NCBI GenBank assembly: GCA_951406725.2
Contig: OX597820.1
Span: 85,746,001-85,810,000, forward strand
Direction: 5' to 3'
DNA from: Octopus vulgaris
Lineage: Eukaryota
DNA length: 64,000 nucleotides
Shown here: in pieces, positions 28,279-42,129 of the stretch
Layout: the number at the start of each line of letters is the position of its first letter
Position numbering within the stretch: position 1 is the stretch's first letter
Program-made: the position numbers and the translations under genes
Notes under the pieces: generated by a model
What the model was told of the DNA's origin: nothing
Seen by the model: the letters and a program-made list of their open reading frames with translations, nothing else
Databases searched by the model: none

Positions 28279-28890
28279 GTAATGATGATGATGATGATGA
28301 TGATAACACGAAGAATTTTATCATACGCACAGCGTCGTTCTGGATGAAGTTTAGGTTCATGTTTATTCACAAATACAGCCAATCTGTGATGTCATAATTT
28401 GTCTCTCTTGCTATGTCTCTTGAAGTTACATCACTAATTCGATGGTTTGGTTTTTCTCAATTTCCATCTGTGCTTGGTTAAAAAATTGTTTCAGAGAACT
28501 GGATTGATATCTGGGTTTGCCTTTTGAACTGCATACTTTAAGTCCTCAGCCATGTCCTTACGAAGTTTACACACGTTCGGTATCATTGCCAAAATGCTAC
28601 GGAGTTCCCTTGGAGAATCTGATACTGATGCTTCAGTCAATGCTAGGTTCTAATGTTCAGCATTTTCTAAAAAAAAAAAAAACTTGTTGATAACATGTTT
28701 CTCTATATGTTTCACACACATTACCATTTATCCTGCACGAAACTTGGAATGATTTAGGATCATGTATTTCATACAAAAGGAGCTATAAGTAGTAGTATTC
28801 CGCTTGGCTCTTGATGGCGGGGCCACTGTAAACTCTTGCAAGAGCGTCAGCCCCTTTCCTCTTGTGTAATTTATTGTTTCTCCAGGTGTA
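28055..28890 (-). mobile_element. Helitron remnant with 3' terminus
   Basis: Minus strand: YTWRNNKLHKRKGADALARVY; QAEYYYL*LLLYEIHDPKSFQ; INGNVCETYRETC; EH*NLALTEASVSDSPRELRSILAMI; KDMAEDL; ARETNYD; FVNKHEPKLHPERRCAYDKI; ends GCAACGCCGGATACCTCTGCTAG|T. Confidence 0.87.
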
Positions 28891-29868
28891 GAGAGTGAGA
28901 ACATTGTTCTGGGGAATTTTTACGAGAATGAGAATTAAAATGGGAATTAATTGAAAAAGTGAGTTACGTGAATATCTTGACAAGAGTGATAGAAATAAAT
29001 CGCGATTGAGGAATGCCTCATGCACGCACGCACACATACATAGAGTATCAAACATAAGATGAAATGAAGAGAGAGAGAGAAGGGTGAGTTGTCATGTATA
29101 TGTACATAATAAATATGCATAAATCTTGTTTGTATATATGTGTGCATGTGTGTGAGATAGAGAGAAAGTGAGTGCCATTTAAACATCACTATCTCTCTTT
29201 CTTTTTCTCTGTTTCACACACATATAGACGCACAAATACATGTAAAAAACATGCACGTATTTATGCATATGTATTTATGTATGTACATATACATGATAAC
29301 ACACCTTTTGACTAACGGACTGTCTCTCTCTCTCTCTCTCACGCACACACACACACAAACACACATACATAAATGTACACAAGCATACACACAAAAACTC
29401 GCGTGTGCATGTGCGACTGACTTTTGTGTATGTGTGTGAGAAAGAGAAAGAGGGGGAGAGATAATATTGTAAAGAATGAATGAAATAAACATGAACTGAA
29501 AAAAACGTATAAATAAAACTTCGTAAAAACTATCCTATACGGAATATTTAAATATTTCTTTCGGTAATTTTTTACAGTTGTTTGCAAATAGCGAATTAAA
29601 ACTTGAAGTGATGGAAAACTTCACCGTTGCTACGTCGATACCGGAAGTTGACATTAAGCAACCTTTTTAAAGGAGTGAATCATATATAAAAAGCAATATT
29701 ATTTATTTTTAGTTAAAAAATCAAATGAAGTGCCTAACATGGGTCCGAAATCAAATTATACATGCATCACAAGCATGGAAGCAATTGAAGTCGTTTTCGC
29801 GTGAAAAGCGAATACACACATCTCTATATTATATATCTGATATATACATACATATGTATGTATATATG

Positions 29869-29943
<75 letters not shown>

Positions 29944-29951
29944 GTATGTAT

Positions 29952-30571
29952 ATTTAGCAATTAAGGACAACTTCTTAATAAGGAAAACTTAACAAGAAAT
30001 TATCGGGTAGATAGCGTGAAAAACCTCATAAAAGAAAAAATTTCGAAAATAATTCTTTCTTATTGAACATATTAATTTATATATAGAGGGCATTATTATA
30101 CATACATGCCACACGCTAAGAGGGACAAAATTAGTCAATTCTACCAAAAATTTTACTAATCCCACCGAATGCAATTTTTCAAAGTAAGACATTTAAAAAT
30201 ATGGACTTGTATCACTTCTATTAAGAAGTTGTCCTTAATTGCTAAATTTTTATTCCGAAAAAACTTTCCTTTCCCGAAATGCAATTCGTAAAAGTCTGCC
30301 ATTTACCGGATGTAATATATGTAAACCCACCCATGTGCTTCGTTGGAGTTGATCAGATAGTTGCTCGGCTTAGACGAGTTGGGTTCGTTTATTTATGATA
30401 CGTCCAGACTTGCTGATGAATACAGAGGTATGAAATCACAGGTGATACAAGTCCATATTTTTAAATGTCTTACTTTGAAAAATTGCATTCGGTGGGATTA
30501 GTAAAATTTTTGGTAGAAATGACTAATTTTGTCCCTCTTAGCGTGTGGCATGTATGTATAATAATGCCCTC

Positions 30572-30582
<11 letters not shown>
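29952..30582 (+). mobile_element. Penelope-type terminus with interleaved inverted duplications
   Basis: 141-bp inverted repeat 30075-30215/30442-30582 (1 mismatch seen); 29-bp inverted repeat 29952-29980/30219-30247; TA-rich microsatellite on both flanks. Confidence 0.75.
30407..30453 (+). ncRNA. Type I hammerhead, canonical core, three intact stems
   Basis: GACTTG-CTGATGA-ATAC AGAG GTAT-GAAA-TCAC AG GTGA-TA-CAAGTC; predicted cut after A30447. Confidence 0.85.
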
Positions 30583-30638
<56 letters not shown>

Positions 30639-30709
30639 CAAAATGAGATAAAAAATCCAAGGCTGTGTGTAGATTTCAGAACATTTATAAGGAAAAAGAT
30701 ATAGATATA

Positions 30710-30757
30710 GTCTTACAGCTGTTTCTGGATTATTATTGATATCCCTTCATCAATGAC
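30710..30757 (-). ncRNA. Hammerhead motif, decayed mirror copy
   Basis: GTCA-TTGATGA-AGGGATATCAATAATAATCCA-GAAA-CAGCTG-TA-AGAC. Confidence 0.55.
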
Positions 30758-31039
30758 GATGTGAGATGGTTAAATAAAAGTAAATATTTGTATTCGAAAC
30801 ATGGAATTATTATGGAAAAGGAGCAGGTAGGGAATATAGAGGGAAATAAGGGAATGAAAGTAGAAATAAAATATAAAATATATTAAAGCATTATAGTTGC
30901 AGTTCCATTATTCGAGGAAAGTGGTGTATAGAAGTGGGAAAAAAAGTTTCTTGTACATGGCATGTAAGTTCTATAACAATAGTCCAATAGTAAACATGAA
31001 GTACTATTGGAACTTACATACCGTATTTACCTCTATTTC

Positions 31040-31087
31040 GTCTCTGATGAAGGGATATCCATAATATCCCAGAAACAGCTGTAAGAC
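31040..31087 (+). ncRNA. Minimal hammerhead, canonical core
   Basis: GTCT-CTGATGA-A-GGGATAT CCATA ATATCCC-A-GAAA-CAGCTG-TA-AGAC; palindrome ACAGCTGT. Confidence 0.75.
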
Positions 31088-31995
31088 TTATAACTATATC
31101 TTTTTTCCTTATAAATGTGCTGAAAACTACTCACAGCCTTGGACTTGTTGTCTAATTTTGTCTAACATATATGTGGATGCTAATACAGGAACAACGTTAG
31201 ACTCCTCACTCGTATCACTATCGAACCAAGAGTTTAACAACGGTCTCTTCATAGCACCTACTTAGCGTTACCTGCCATTCTCTGGATATTCTAGTTACCA
31301 ATACATTTCACAGGTATATATGTGTACGTCTCTGTGTGTATACGTGTATGTTTTCGTACACAGCGAGAGATAGAGAAAGAGAGGAGAGAAAAAAAATAAA
31401 TCTGGACGTTTGGTTGTGAAATTATTTAAAATCTTATACGTGACTTGGTAGCAATTATGATCACATTATGGAACTAAATCTTAATATATTTTCTAGATCT
31501 TCAGCTCCTCAGAGATTCATAAAGACATCGTTTGTTTTTTTTGTGTGTTTTTTTAAATAATAGAATGAAATAAGGTTTATATACTGAGAGATATAAAGAA
31601 ACACATACAGACATATGATTACAAACACGCATGCAAATACACATTAATATATATGCGTGTATATATGTACGTACGTACGTATGTATGTATGTATCTATTT
31701 ATCACTATATGCATCTAATAATATATATATATATGGAATATATACATACACACACACATATATAATATATGCGTGTGTGTGTGTGTGTGTATATATATAT
31801 CTATATATATGTGTGCGCGCGCGCGTGTGTGTGTGTGTAAGAAAACAAGAGAAAATGCAGAAATGGACAGACAGACATCAATTTATTAATACAAATCCAA
31901 TTTCAAGCAACATCAATTTCTTATAACCTGCAATTGTTTCCGGGAACTTGGATGCTAACATCCTTCTAAGGGGAAATTTATATCCAAGCAATAAT

Positions 31996-32089
<94 letters not shown>

Positions 32090-32896
32090 CATACATATAT
32101 ACATATGTATGCATTTAATGTGTATATGTAAACATGTACCATGGTATGGTTTCCCAGTATTATAAAGATGAAATTGGTCTTAAAATACAGTTGTGTATAA
32201 AACTCTTCTAAGTCTGTTAAGCAGTCAAAGATTCCCTATTTTAGCTCACGTTCCTTAACAGTATATTGGACACGCAATGTACCCTTGAGTATGAGTGCCT
32301 TAAAAGCATCATAATCAATAATGCAATGTTATTATGCAAAATAGCAAGTACCAACCTATTGGTTAAAGAATAAAACCCTGGTAGGAAACGATATATTATT
32401 CGCAAATAATTATCATAATGTAACCTGTCAATCCACCACCGAGGGCTAATTACAATGATTTAGTACTTTTCTCCCACTCAATCTATAATGCGTCGGAAAT
32501 TAGACGATTTTAAATTGTTTAACAATCGTATGTTTGTGGAGATAAGATTGCCTGGAGGAGAAGATAGTTCATTCTTATTCGTATGCTAATTACTCTCTTC
32601 GATATTTATATTATCTTTTAGATCATTTCACCTGATGTCCAGAACTGTGATAACTGAAATACGAATATCATCTCAAGAAGATTTGCAGCCAAGAGGATGG
32701 TCCCTCTCAGATTATGAACGTACACCTAAATATCACTCGCTGAAATTTAGTTTGGGCTTTGTTATAAATTAACATTTCATATGAGTTTGTTTATTTGTAT
32801 GTGTATACAAATTATGTAGAAACGTACACATACACACAGAAATACATGTGAGCATCGTGTATATCCATGTATGTCTATGAGTACTTGTGTGTGTAT

Positions 32897-32929
<33 letters not shown>

Positions 32930-33364
32930 AGAGCACGTGTATGTGTTTGCGTGTGTTTGTATATGTCATTTAGTTAACATAACTGTAAATTATTCAATGA
33001 ATTCCACCACATAGAGTGTTGCTAGGAGGCAACAGAGAGGAAAAACTTTTCTAAACCTTATATCTTCACGTTTCAAAAGCCTGAGGAAAATTAAATCTAT
33101 TGAAGTCTTTGTAATACGATTCATGACGAAAATAATAATAAAAAAAAAACATAATAAACAATAATCAGAAGGATCTGTTGTCTATTGTCTCGATATGCAA
33201 AACACCACACTGTTTAATATCCTTTCTCTCGTCTCTCATCAGTTGACGTCACACTATGCATATTTTGTAGTTTTGCATTTATATGATAAATATGTTAATT
33301 CTTATGTTAATAATAATAATAATAATAGTAATAATAATAATAATAATAATAACAATAATAATAA

Positions 33365-33426
<62 letters not shown>

Positions 33427-33684
33427 ATGAGTGCAATGTAAAGAGACATTTTGAATTTGTGAAAGTTGTCTTGCAGTTGTTATCAATAAGGTAAACTATT
33501 TATAGTAAAACTATTTTGTGTCTAAAATACTTTACCTAGCCAACATGAAGACATGTGGCATTTATACTTGTATTTTATTTTTATTTATAGAAGTTTTGAA
33601 AAAAATACGCATTATAACTACGCCTACGCGCGTAAACATATACGCACATACGAACACACACATACATATATGAATATATATACT

Positions 33685-33723
<39 letters not shown>

Positions 33724-34562
33724 ATGTTTATGTATACACACACACTCGCAGACACATACACACGAAGATACACACACACACAAATATATATATATATATA
33801 TAATGCCATTGTTTCGGTCAGATTAAGAATTACTATTATACATTTATATAGCTGTAATATCTCAAAAGTTATGACTGTGAATCTAAGATTTCGCTGATTA
33901 TAAAGTAAGATGTTATATTTAATATATTTAACGCTTGACAAGATGTTTAGGAGTGTGCACAGAAATAAAAGTAGTAATTTTCCAAAAGTGTGAGACAACT
34001 ATTCATGCATTTAAATAAGTAGACTGAAATCAGAAATGTAACGTCAACATAGAAAGAGCGAAGAGAAAAAATAATTAGAATAATATGTGAAAAGTGGGTG
34101 AGATAAACAGAAAATGATAAATCGATCATAAGGTGGAAAACACTGAAAAAATGCAGAGAAGATGCACAAAAAAAAGAAGAAAATAATAAAGAAATATAGA
34201 CAGATAGATATATAAAGAGCGCAAGCAAGCAAGCGTGGGAGAGAGAGAGACCGAGTGTGGTGGAAGTCTTATAAATAGAGAAGAATGTACAAACTAGACA
34301 GCTAAAATACAATTATTTAGACCTATTTTCCTTCGAAAGGTGTCTTAAGAATCACACTGACGTTCGCCCCATAAAGCAAGTTGCATAAAGAGCTGCAACA
34401 AATACTTTTCCGGGTTACGTTGATTTAAACAATGTCTTCAAAATCCCCGACAGGCTTCCTTGCATTTATGAAAGTAAAAATTTCAGAACTGGTAATTGTG
34501 GTTAACCTGGAAGGCTCGAACTACATTTAAATTTAAACTTACACTCACACTCTCAAACACAG

Positions 34563-34674
<112 letters not shown>

Positions 34675-35308
34675 ACAAAATATATAATTTTATAAATATA
34701 ATTATTAAATTATATTAAGAGCAACGACCAAGAAATGTCACCTGCTGGAAGAAGATGTCACATGGCATTAAAGTGCATCATCTCTCACATGATACACGCT
34801 GAAAGCGAGGAATGAACAAAAATGTACATCATTAAAAACACTTACACATACCATACAAAAACAACGTATCCACAGTGTATGTAGAAATGTTCACATTTAT
34901 ATACAAGTGAAAAGTCTAGTTCGTTGATCTCAGCCACGTGTGAATAACGAAAATGATTCAGTAATGAATAAAGTTTGGATTAAATGAATTTATATTTATC
35001 AATTAAAATCAAGGATAAAATATATATAAGATTATATCAAGTAGCTAGCATGTAAAAACCAATTAAGGTAAAAATAATACATCTTATATAATTTTCTAAG
35101 TATAATTATAAAATTATAATAAAAGCAACAAGCAAGTAATGCTACATGCTAGAAAAAGACGCCAAGCAGCTCTAAATTACTTTATCAATCACAGAGAAAC
35201 GCGCTGACAGCGAGGGAACGAAAAACATGGGAGATTTTGAAAAAGTCTTGCTATAGACTAATCGATTTCTGGTTTAGTAATGTAATACCACGCACACACA
35301 CACACACA

Positions 35309-35905
<597 letters not shown>

Positions 35906-36007
35906 TATATAGTCTATTGACTATTTCTTTCTTTCTCACTTCACCGCTGGTAGCGGAGAATTTTTCTAGTATTTTTCTAGAATGTTTTGCAACCCTAAAA
36001 TTTAATA

Positions 36008-36044
<37 letters not shown>

Positions 36045-36045
<1 letters not shown>

Positions 36046-36249
36046 TCAGCTGTAGAAATGAGTTGCGACGTCACAGGTGCCAAGCTGTATCGACCTTTGT
36101 CTTTCCCCTGGATAACACTGGTGGCGTGGAGAGGGAAGGCTGGTATGCATGGGCGACTGATGGTCTTCCATAAACAACCTTGCCCGGACTTGTGTCTTGG
36201 AGGGTAACTTTCTAGGTGCAATCCCATGGTCACTCATGACCGAAGAGGG

Positions 36250-36255
<6 letters not shown>
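36045..36255 (+). mobile_element. Probable SINE 3' fragment between (TA)n tracts
   Basis: GC-richer island ending in the hairpin GGTCACTCATGACC; family not established from this window. Confidence 0.4.
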
Positions 36256-36289
<34 letters not shown>

Positions 36290-36306
36290 TATATATATAT
36301 ACATGC

Positions 36307-36354
<48 letters not shown>

Positions 36355-36500
36355 TCGTGCATATATATCCATATGTATACCTATATGTATGCTTGCATGA
36401 ACAGTTCAGGGATGAAATTTGAGTATTAATCAACTAACTGAACCTACAAGCACCTTCTATTACTAACATCACATTACACTCGGTTTATATTACATTACAA

Positions 36501-36812
36501 GAGGCTCATGGCTTATTGTTTAGGGTATTCGGCTTGCGATCGCATGGTCATAAGTTCAATTCCCGGCGACGCGTTTTGTCCCCCAGTAAGACACTGTGTC
36601 TCACGTTGCTCCTGTCCTCTCGGCTAGAAAAAATAAGAGTAGTACACTATTTCAAAGGTTCTGACATGTTACCTTCTGTGTTATGTTGAACTATGTTAAG
36701 GATACAAGCATCTATGGAGTGCTAAGCCACATGCTCGTTAATTTATTGAACAGGCTGTTCTGTTCATCTGATCAACTGGAACCCTCGTCGTCGTAACCGA
36801 TGGAGTACCAGT
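36501..36812 (+). mobile_element. SINE family C, decayed
   Basis: Aligns by eye to 5969-6231. Confidence 0.75.
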
Positions 36813-37550
36813 TCCATGCTACATTACACGTGGCTCCCTAACCTTCTTGCTAAGTGGCATCAGGTTGAAATACCAGGCCTGTTGTTTCCTTCTAATTTAT
36901 TCCACTTCATAAAAACAGTAATACATTGTTAGATATGTTTTATACATGAGTGTTTTTCTTGACAGATTTGTTTAACGATTTTTGTGTATTATAAAAATTA
37001 ATTAAAGAATATTTAACGTTACAAGACAGGAAAATATAGTAGCAAGCAAATTTAGAGAACTGGTAACGGATAATGTTATCAAGAATGTTTTCAGCTCAAC
37101 TCATACAGATTGCTAGAAGAATCTCCCGAAAAGTTATCTTGCTGAAGGCATATCTTTTTTAAAAAAGAGAACACTTTTAAGTTCAGGTTTTCATTGAATA
37201 TGACATGTTTTATTTCATTTTCATCGGTAAATTTTAGCTCATATCAGAAACTGAACAAATTAAATCCAGCCTTATTATACAATTACAAGCGAAATAGCGT
37301 GATGATTTAATACGCAGCTAATCAAAAGTAGAGTGTGCGATATCGTTATCCTCTGTCGTATTTACACCTCAGCTTTTCGTAAATTGTATTCTATCTTACT
37401 TATATAAAAATTCACAACGGCATTGTTGTCATCACCATTTGCATCAATTGTCGTCATCGAATCTACTATCATCGTCACCATTGAAATAAAAATAATAATA
37501 ATAATGATGAGGAGGATGAGGATCATCATTATCATCAACATGAGGATCAT

Positions 37551-37750
37551 GATGATGCAGTACCAATGCCTTGATGCAGTACCGTGCAGTGGTTCTATAC
37601 CCTGGGCATAGAACCACTGCCTGGTACTATGCCCTGATGTAGTACCAGGCAGTGGTTCTATGCCCTGATATAGTACCAGGCAGTGGATCTATGCCCTGAT
37701 GCAGTATCAGGCAGTGGCTCTATGCCCTGATGCAGTACCAGGCAGTGGCT
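37551..37750 (+). repeat. Minisatellite, about 31-bp unit ATGCCCTGATGCAGTACCAGGCAGTGGCTCT, one unit inverted
   Basis: About 6 copies; hairpin GCAGTGGTTCTAT..ATAGAACCACTGC at 37586-37620. Confidence 0.9.
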
Positions 37751-38270
37751 TTCGTGGCTTCTGATCTTAACTGATTGTAAGTGTTATCGTGTACATTGTT
37801 TTGTCTTGGTGTAAAAGATGGACTACAGCAAATATTCTGCTCATTACCACAGTTGTTTGACCTTAACCAGTTGACCATGTCCCTTAGTGGCTGACGATAT
37901 GTGCATCTCTGATGACGAGCAGAAGTAGTGGGGGAGCATCGTAGTCATGTGTTGAGAGCGATTTTTGGGGGGGATTTGAATAATTCATGTCTGGAAACAT
38001 GGGTGTTTCGTTCTACATCCTTAAACAACCCTTATTCAGGGACCTTTTGAGTGGGATGGCCTACTCGACATGAAGAAAGTTCTAACTGGGCTCCTCCTGC
38101 AAGGGTCATGCGCTGTTTATCTTGATAGGAGATCACCATGTCGCGCACATATGGTTGTGATGCATGTGCCTGGTGAACCCTTATCAAATGGGTAGTCATG
38201 ATGGGTACACTGGGCTTCGTATATTTTACCCCAGTGTCACTTTGATGGCATGCACTGCTTTCTCACTCAA
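37551..38270 (+). mobile_element. Non-coding retroposon ending in (AAT)n
   Basis: 3' end GTCACTTTGATGGCATGCACTGCTTTCTCACTCAA before (AAT)n; the same end recurs at 61020-61054 inside a (TAT)n tract. Confidence 0.6.
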
Positions 38271-38297
38271 TAAAAATAATAATAATAATAATAATAT

Positions 38298-38516
38298 ATT
38301 TCTTTACTACCCACAAGGGGCTAAACACAGAGGGGACAAACAAGGACAGACAAACGGATCAAGTAGATTACTTCGATCCCAGTGCGTTACTGGTACTTAA
38401 TTTATCGACCCCGAAAGGATGAAAAGCAAAGTCGACCTCGGCGGAATTTGAACTCAGAACGTATCGACAGACGAAATACGTCTACGCATTTCACCCGGCG
38501 TGCTAACGATCCTGCC

Positions 38517-38519
<3 letters not shown>
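38298..38519 (-). mobile_element. SINE family B
   Basis: TTTATCGACCCCGAAAGGATGAAAAGCAAAGTCGACCTCGGCGGAATTTGAACTC; a truncated copy follows at 38627-38751. Confidence 0.85.
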
Positions 38520-38600
<81 letters not shown>

Positions 38601-38751
38601 TGATGATGATGATGGTGATGATGATAACCTTTTCTACTCCAGGCACAAGACCCTAAATTTTGGGAGAAGGGACCAGTCGATTCGATCGACTCCAGTCAGC
38701 AACTGGTACTTAATTTATCAACACCGGAATGATGAAAGACAAAGTCGACCT

Positions 38752-39576
38752 GAAAGAACCGCTCGTGATTGGAAATTTTGACCTCAAAGACGCACCTCGA
38801 TCTGGCCGTCCAGTTGAGTTCGTTGACGAGCGATTAAACCAACTTTTGCACGAAAATTCTCCTCAAACGACAAGGGAACTGGCAGAGAAAAGGGAATGCT
38901 CCCACACTGCTATAGAGAAGCATATTCACTCGATGGGAAAGGTTCAGAAGAATGGAGCATGGGTTCCGCATGCTTTAAGTGACAACAAAAATCAACGAGC
39001 CACAATCTCCGTTGATATGCTTCCTCGTAAAGTGAAACAAGATGTTCATCCGCGTAAAACAATGTTGTGTGACCGGGAAAGAATTATCCATTACGAATTG
39101 TTTGAACAGAAGCAAACGAGCAACGGGGAACTCCATGTTCAACAGATGGAACGACTCAACACGGCTATTCAAGAGAAAATATCTAATCGCCAGCATGAAG
39201 TTATTCTGCTGCACGACAACGCCCGCCCTTATATCGCCAATATGATCAAGGAAACCATTGAAACTCATGACCAAGATGTGCTACCACACCCGCCGTAATC
39301 TCCTGATTTGGCACCAGCGTATTTCTATCTCTTTCAAATGGTATGCGTGGAGTCTCGTTCAATACTGATGCAGAATTGAGAGCTTGGTTGGAACAATTTT
39401 TCGAATCGAAATCGGTTGATTTCTTCCAACTAGGTACTGAAAATCTCGTTGACCGTTGGGAAGAAGTTGGAAACAACAAGAGTGAATACATTATTGATTA
39501 ATTAGTTGTTATTTTTTATTAAACCTTTTTTAAATTTGAATTTAAAAAAGCGGCGGAAACTAACTTGCCAACCCAG
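38752..39576 (+). mobile_element. Mariner transposon remnant
   Basis: GNFDLKDAPRSGRP; GAWVPHALS; LLHDNARPY; LPHPP*SPDLAP; TIR-like end at about 39550-39576; first catalytic Asp region deleted. Confidence 0.92.
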
Positions 39577-39634
39577 TTTATATATATATATATTTAAAAA
39601 AAGGAGATGTCTAACACGAGTTGTGATATATAAA

Positions 39635-39941
39635 AAAGGAAATGAAGAAAATGCTGACAAAATAATTGAAGTAATTTAAGTAATTTAATTAGGTGAAAGT
39701 TCTTTTTACCGGTTGCGCATTTGTTATGCTTATCAAAATATAAAAGAGAGATTAGAGTTCCTTCCTTCTGATTTTTTCCTCTTATCTGGAATAAGAGGAA
39801 AAAATCAGGAAGGAAGGAACTCTAATCTCTCTTTTATATTTTGATAAGCATAACAAATGCGCAACCGGTAAAAAGAACTTTCACCTAATTAAATTACTTA
39901 AATTACTTCAATTATTTTGTCAGCATTTTCTTCATTTCCTT

Positions 39942-39942
<1 letters not shown>
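39635..39942. repeat. Near-perfect 308-bp palindrome of a Penelope-type terminus
   Basis: Arms 39635-39785/39791-39942 with one indel seen and a 5-nt loop CTGGA. Confidence 0.92.
39839..39872 (+). ncRNA. Hammerhead motif, U3-A8 variant with GAAA>GCAA; mirror copy at 39707-39736 (-)
   Basis: TT-TTGATAA-GCAT AACAA ATGC-GCAA-CCGG-TA-AA. Confidence 0.6.
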
Positions 39943-40005
<63 letters not shown>

Positions 40006-40043
40006 GTGTGTATATGTGTGTGTTTCTCTATATCGAAATATAT

Positions 40044-40626
40044 AGGGTGTGATGGGTAAATTGAAGTTATTTTATGATTTTAATTTCCCTCATGCACAGT
40101 TTGTTTTTGATTTTGTCGACTAAACATTATAATAGGTTCAGTTGGGCACCGTCTCTGACAAAAACAGAAACATGACGCAGTTCACTCTGTCAGACATTTG
40201 GAAACGATATGCTGTACAGCTTGGTATTCGCGCCAGAAGCTCCAATATGAACATTTCAGAGTGTTTGGGTGTCGATCTTGACCGAGAGTGGTAAATATCA
40301 CACATCCAATCAATATCATGGTGATAGGACTGATTACTATTGAAGGCGACATTATGTCTCCGTTCATCTTCCCACACAGCCTCAGAATAAACAGGGAGCT
40401 CTGCATCAAGAGCTTGGTGGAAGTAGTGGTGCCCTACGTCTAGAGGTTAACTGCTGGAAGACCTCGTGACTGGCAACAGGACACGGCACCATGTCACACA
40501 AGCAAGAGAACCCAGTCATGTCAGTCAAACAATGTCTGCACCACATCACCCCTAACATCTGGTCACCTACCTCCCCAGACTGCAACCATTTTGATTATTA
40601 TGTGTGGGGCGCAGTTGAGCGAGATG

Positions 40627-40630
<4 letters not shown>
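40044..40630 (+). mobile_element. maT-like transposon remnant, same family as 23519-24395
   Basis: Shared 5' region (GATTTTGTCGAC..CAGTTGGGCA); WQQDTAPCHTS; NIWSPTSPDCNHFDYYVWGAVER; broken at (TA)n. Confidence 0.87.
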
Positions 40631-40660
<30 letters not shown>

Positions 40661-42129
40661 AAATATGTATATATGTCCACGCGTGTATGCATAAGCTTTC
40701 TAAAATAGCCATCCGCCATATTCCATGTATACTGCTGGTCATATACTGCTGGTCATTCTAAGACTATGACAGAAACCCAACTACAATATTCCAGGCACTG
40801 GAATCACACTCAGAGAGCAATGTGATGGCAAAGCGAACCTCTTAGCTGCACCTGGCTATTGACTGCCTCCTTCCATATCCTTTATACACAATGTTACTCT
40901 TATGCTATTGTCATCTGGACGTGACATATCGATCGTTGTACATATGCATTTATATTTGCTCTAACTGACAATATCCGATCGTTCGATTTCGCTCTGTTTG
41001 TCTGATTGTATATTCGATAAAAGCAAAACATTTTCATTCTGCTTTGATGCTGGCAGGTTGATGTTTGTTGTCATACATCTGAGGCTATTTGGTAATATTT
41101 AGATAAGACCCACTATGCAAATGTGTCAGCTTTATTATGTTTTCTGGACATAATCAGAATTTACAAAACAAGCAGGGATGCGTATGTAATGTGAACGCAT
41201 TTCTAAGTTGTTTAGCTACGTGAAACATTATGACTGGATAGGCATTATTGTGAACATGTTCGACAAAGTGCCTTGTGTTACTCGTTCCGGCTTGTCTGTT
41301 TTGATTTCAAATCCCGTGGGGGACATACTTGTCCACCATTCAATACCTATCAAGTGCTGCAGAGGATTTCATCCAATAATATCATCCTCAAAATGTGTGG
41401 CTTTGTGTTAACATTAGAAGATAATAATCAATTTTGTGTCATTCAGCATATCAATTTGAACAAGACAAAATTACGAACATCTTACGAATCTTGCACAAAA
41501 AGTATCCCTGTTTAACAAAGAGGCTAATATTACTTTTAGAAGTCCTTGAGGTGAACGCGACGACTTAGTGTTTCACAACGACGTTCCAGGAGTCTCTCTG
41601 CCACCCCAACTGCTATTGGCATTGAAGAGTCTTATTTTTATTGTGTTGCAAAATTAACGTGAGATCTACTCGTCTTTGTTACATTCAGTGATTTGGTCCA
41701 GTTTTGTATATATGCTGCATCAAACAAACTTAGCTTGAAGAATGTAACTGTGATATGTTTGTACTTTCTGATGTGCATGTTTGTACTTTCTTAATAAGGA
41801 CTATCGACCCCTCTCATCATCATCAGCATCGTACCATGGCAACATCGTTATGATATTAAGCAAAATGGTTAGCATCATACCTTCTGGCACTTTAGGTTTT
41901 GAGTTTAAGTCCCGCCAACTTTGCCATTTATTCTTTTGCTTTTGATAACAAAGTACAGGCCAATTACGGTGATCAGTAGAATTGACGACCCACCTCTCTT
42001 TAAAATTGCTTGACTTGTGCAAAAATTAGAAAGGATAACACAATGAATCAGTTGACCCCTTCATCTCTGGCTGCCCAGCCCTTGACGAAGACATGACCGT
42101 GTTAGTAGTTATATCCACTATCAATGTGC

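Larger units (their letters stand above)
30634..31165. mobile_element. Fold-back Penelope-type element with a hammerhead in each arm
   Basis: About 125-bp diverged inverted arms 30634-30758/31039-31165. Confidence 0.78.

Noticed and set aside
28783-29055. ORF ending KRKGADALARVYSGPAIKSQAEYYYL resembling a neuropeptide precursor
   Set aside because: It is collinear with Helitron RepHel motifs that continue past the stop.
29989-30704. Duplicated small gene MSYFEKLHSVGLVKF on both strands
   Set aside because: It is a by-product of the 141-bp inverted duplication.
37551-37750. CRISPR-like repeat array
   Set aside because: Head-to-tail units with no unique spacers, in a eukaryotic context with no cas genes.
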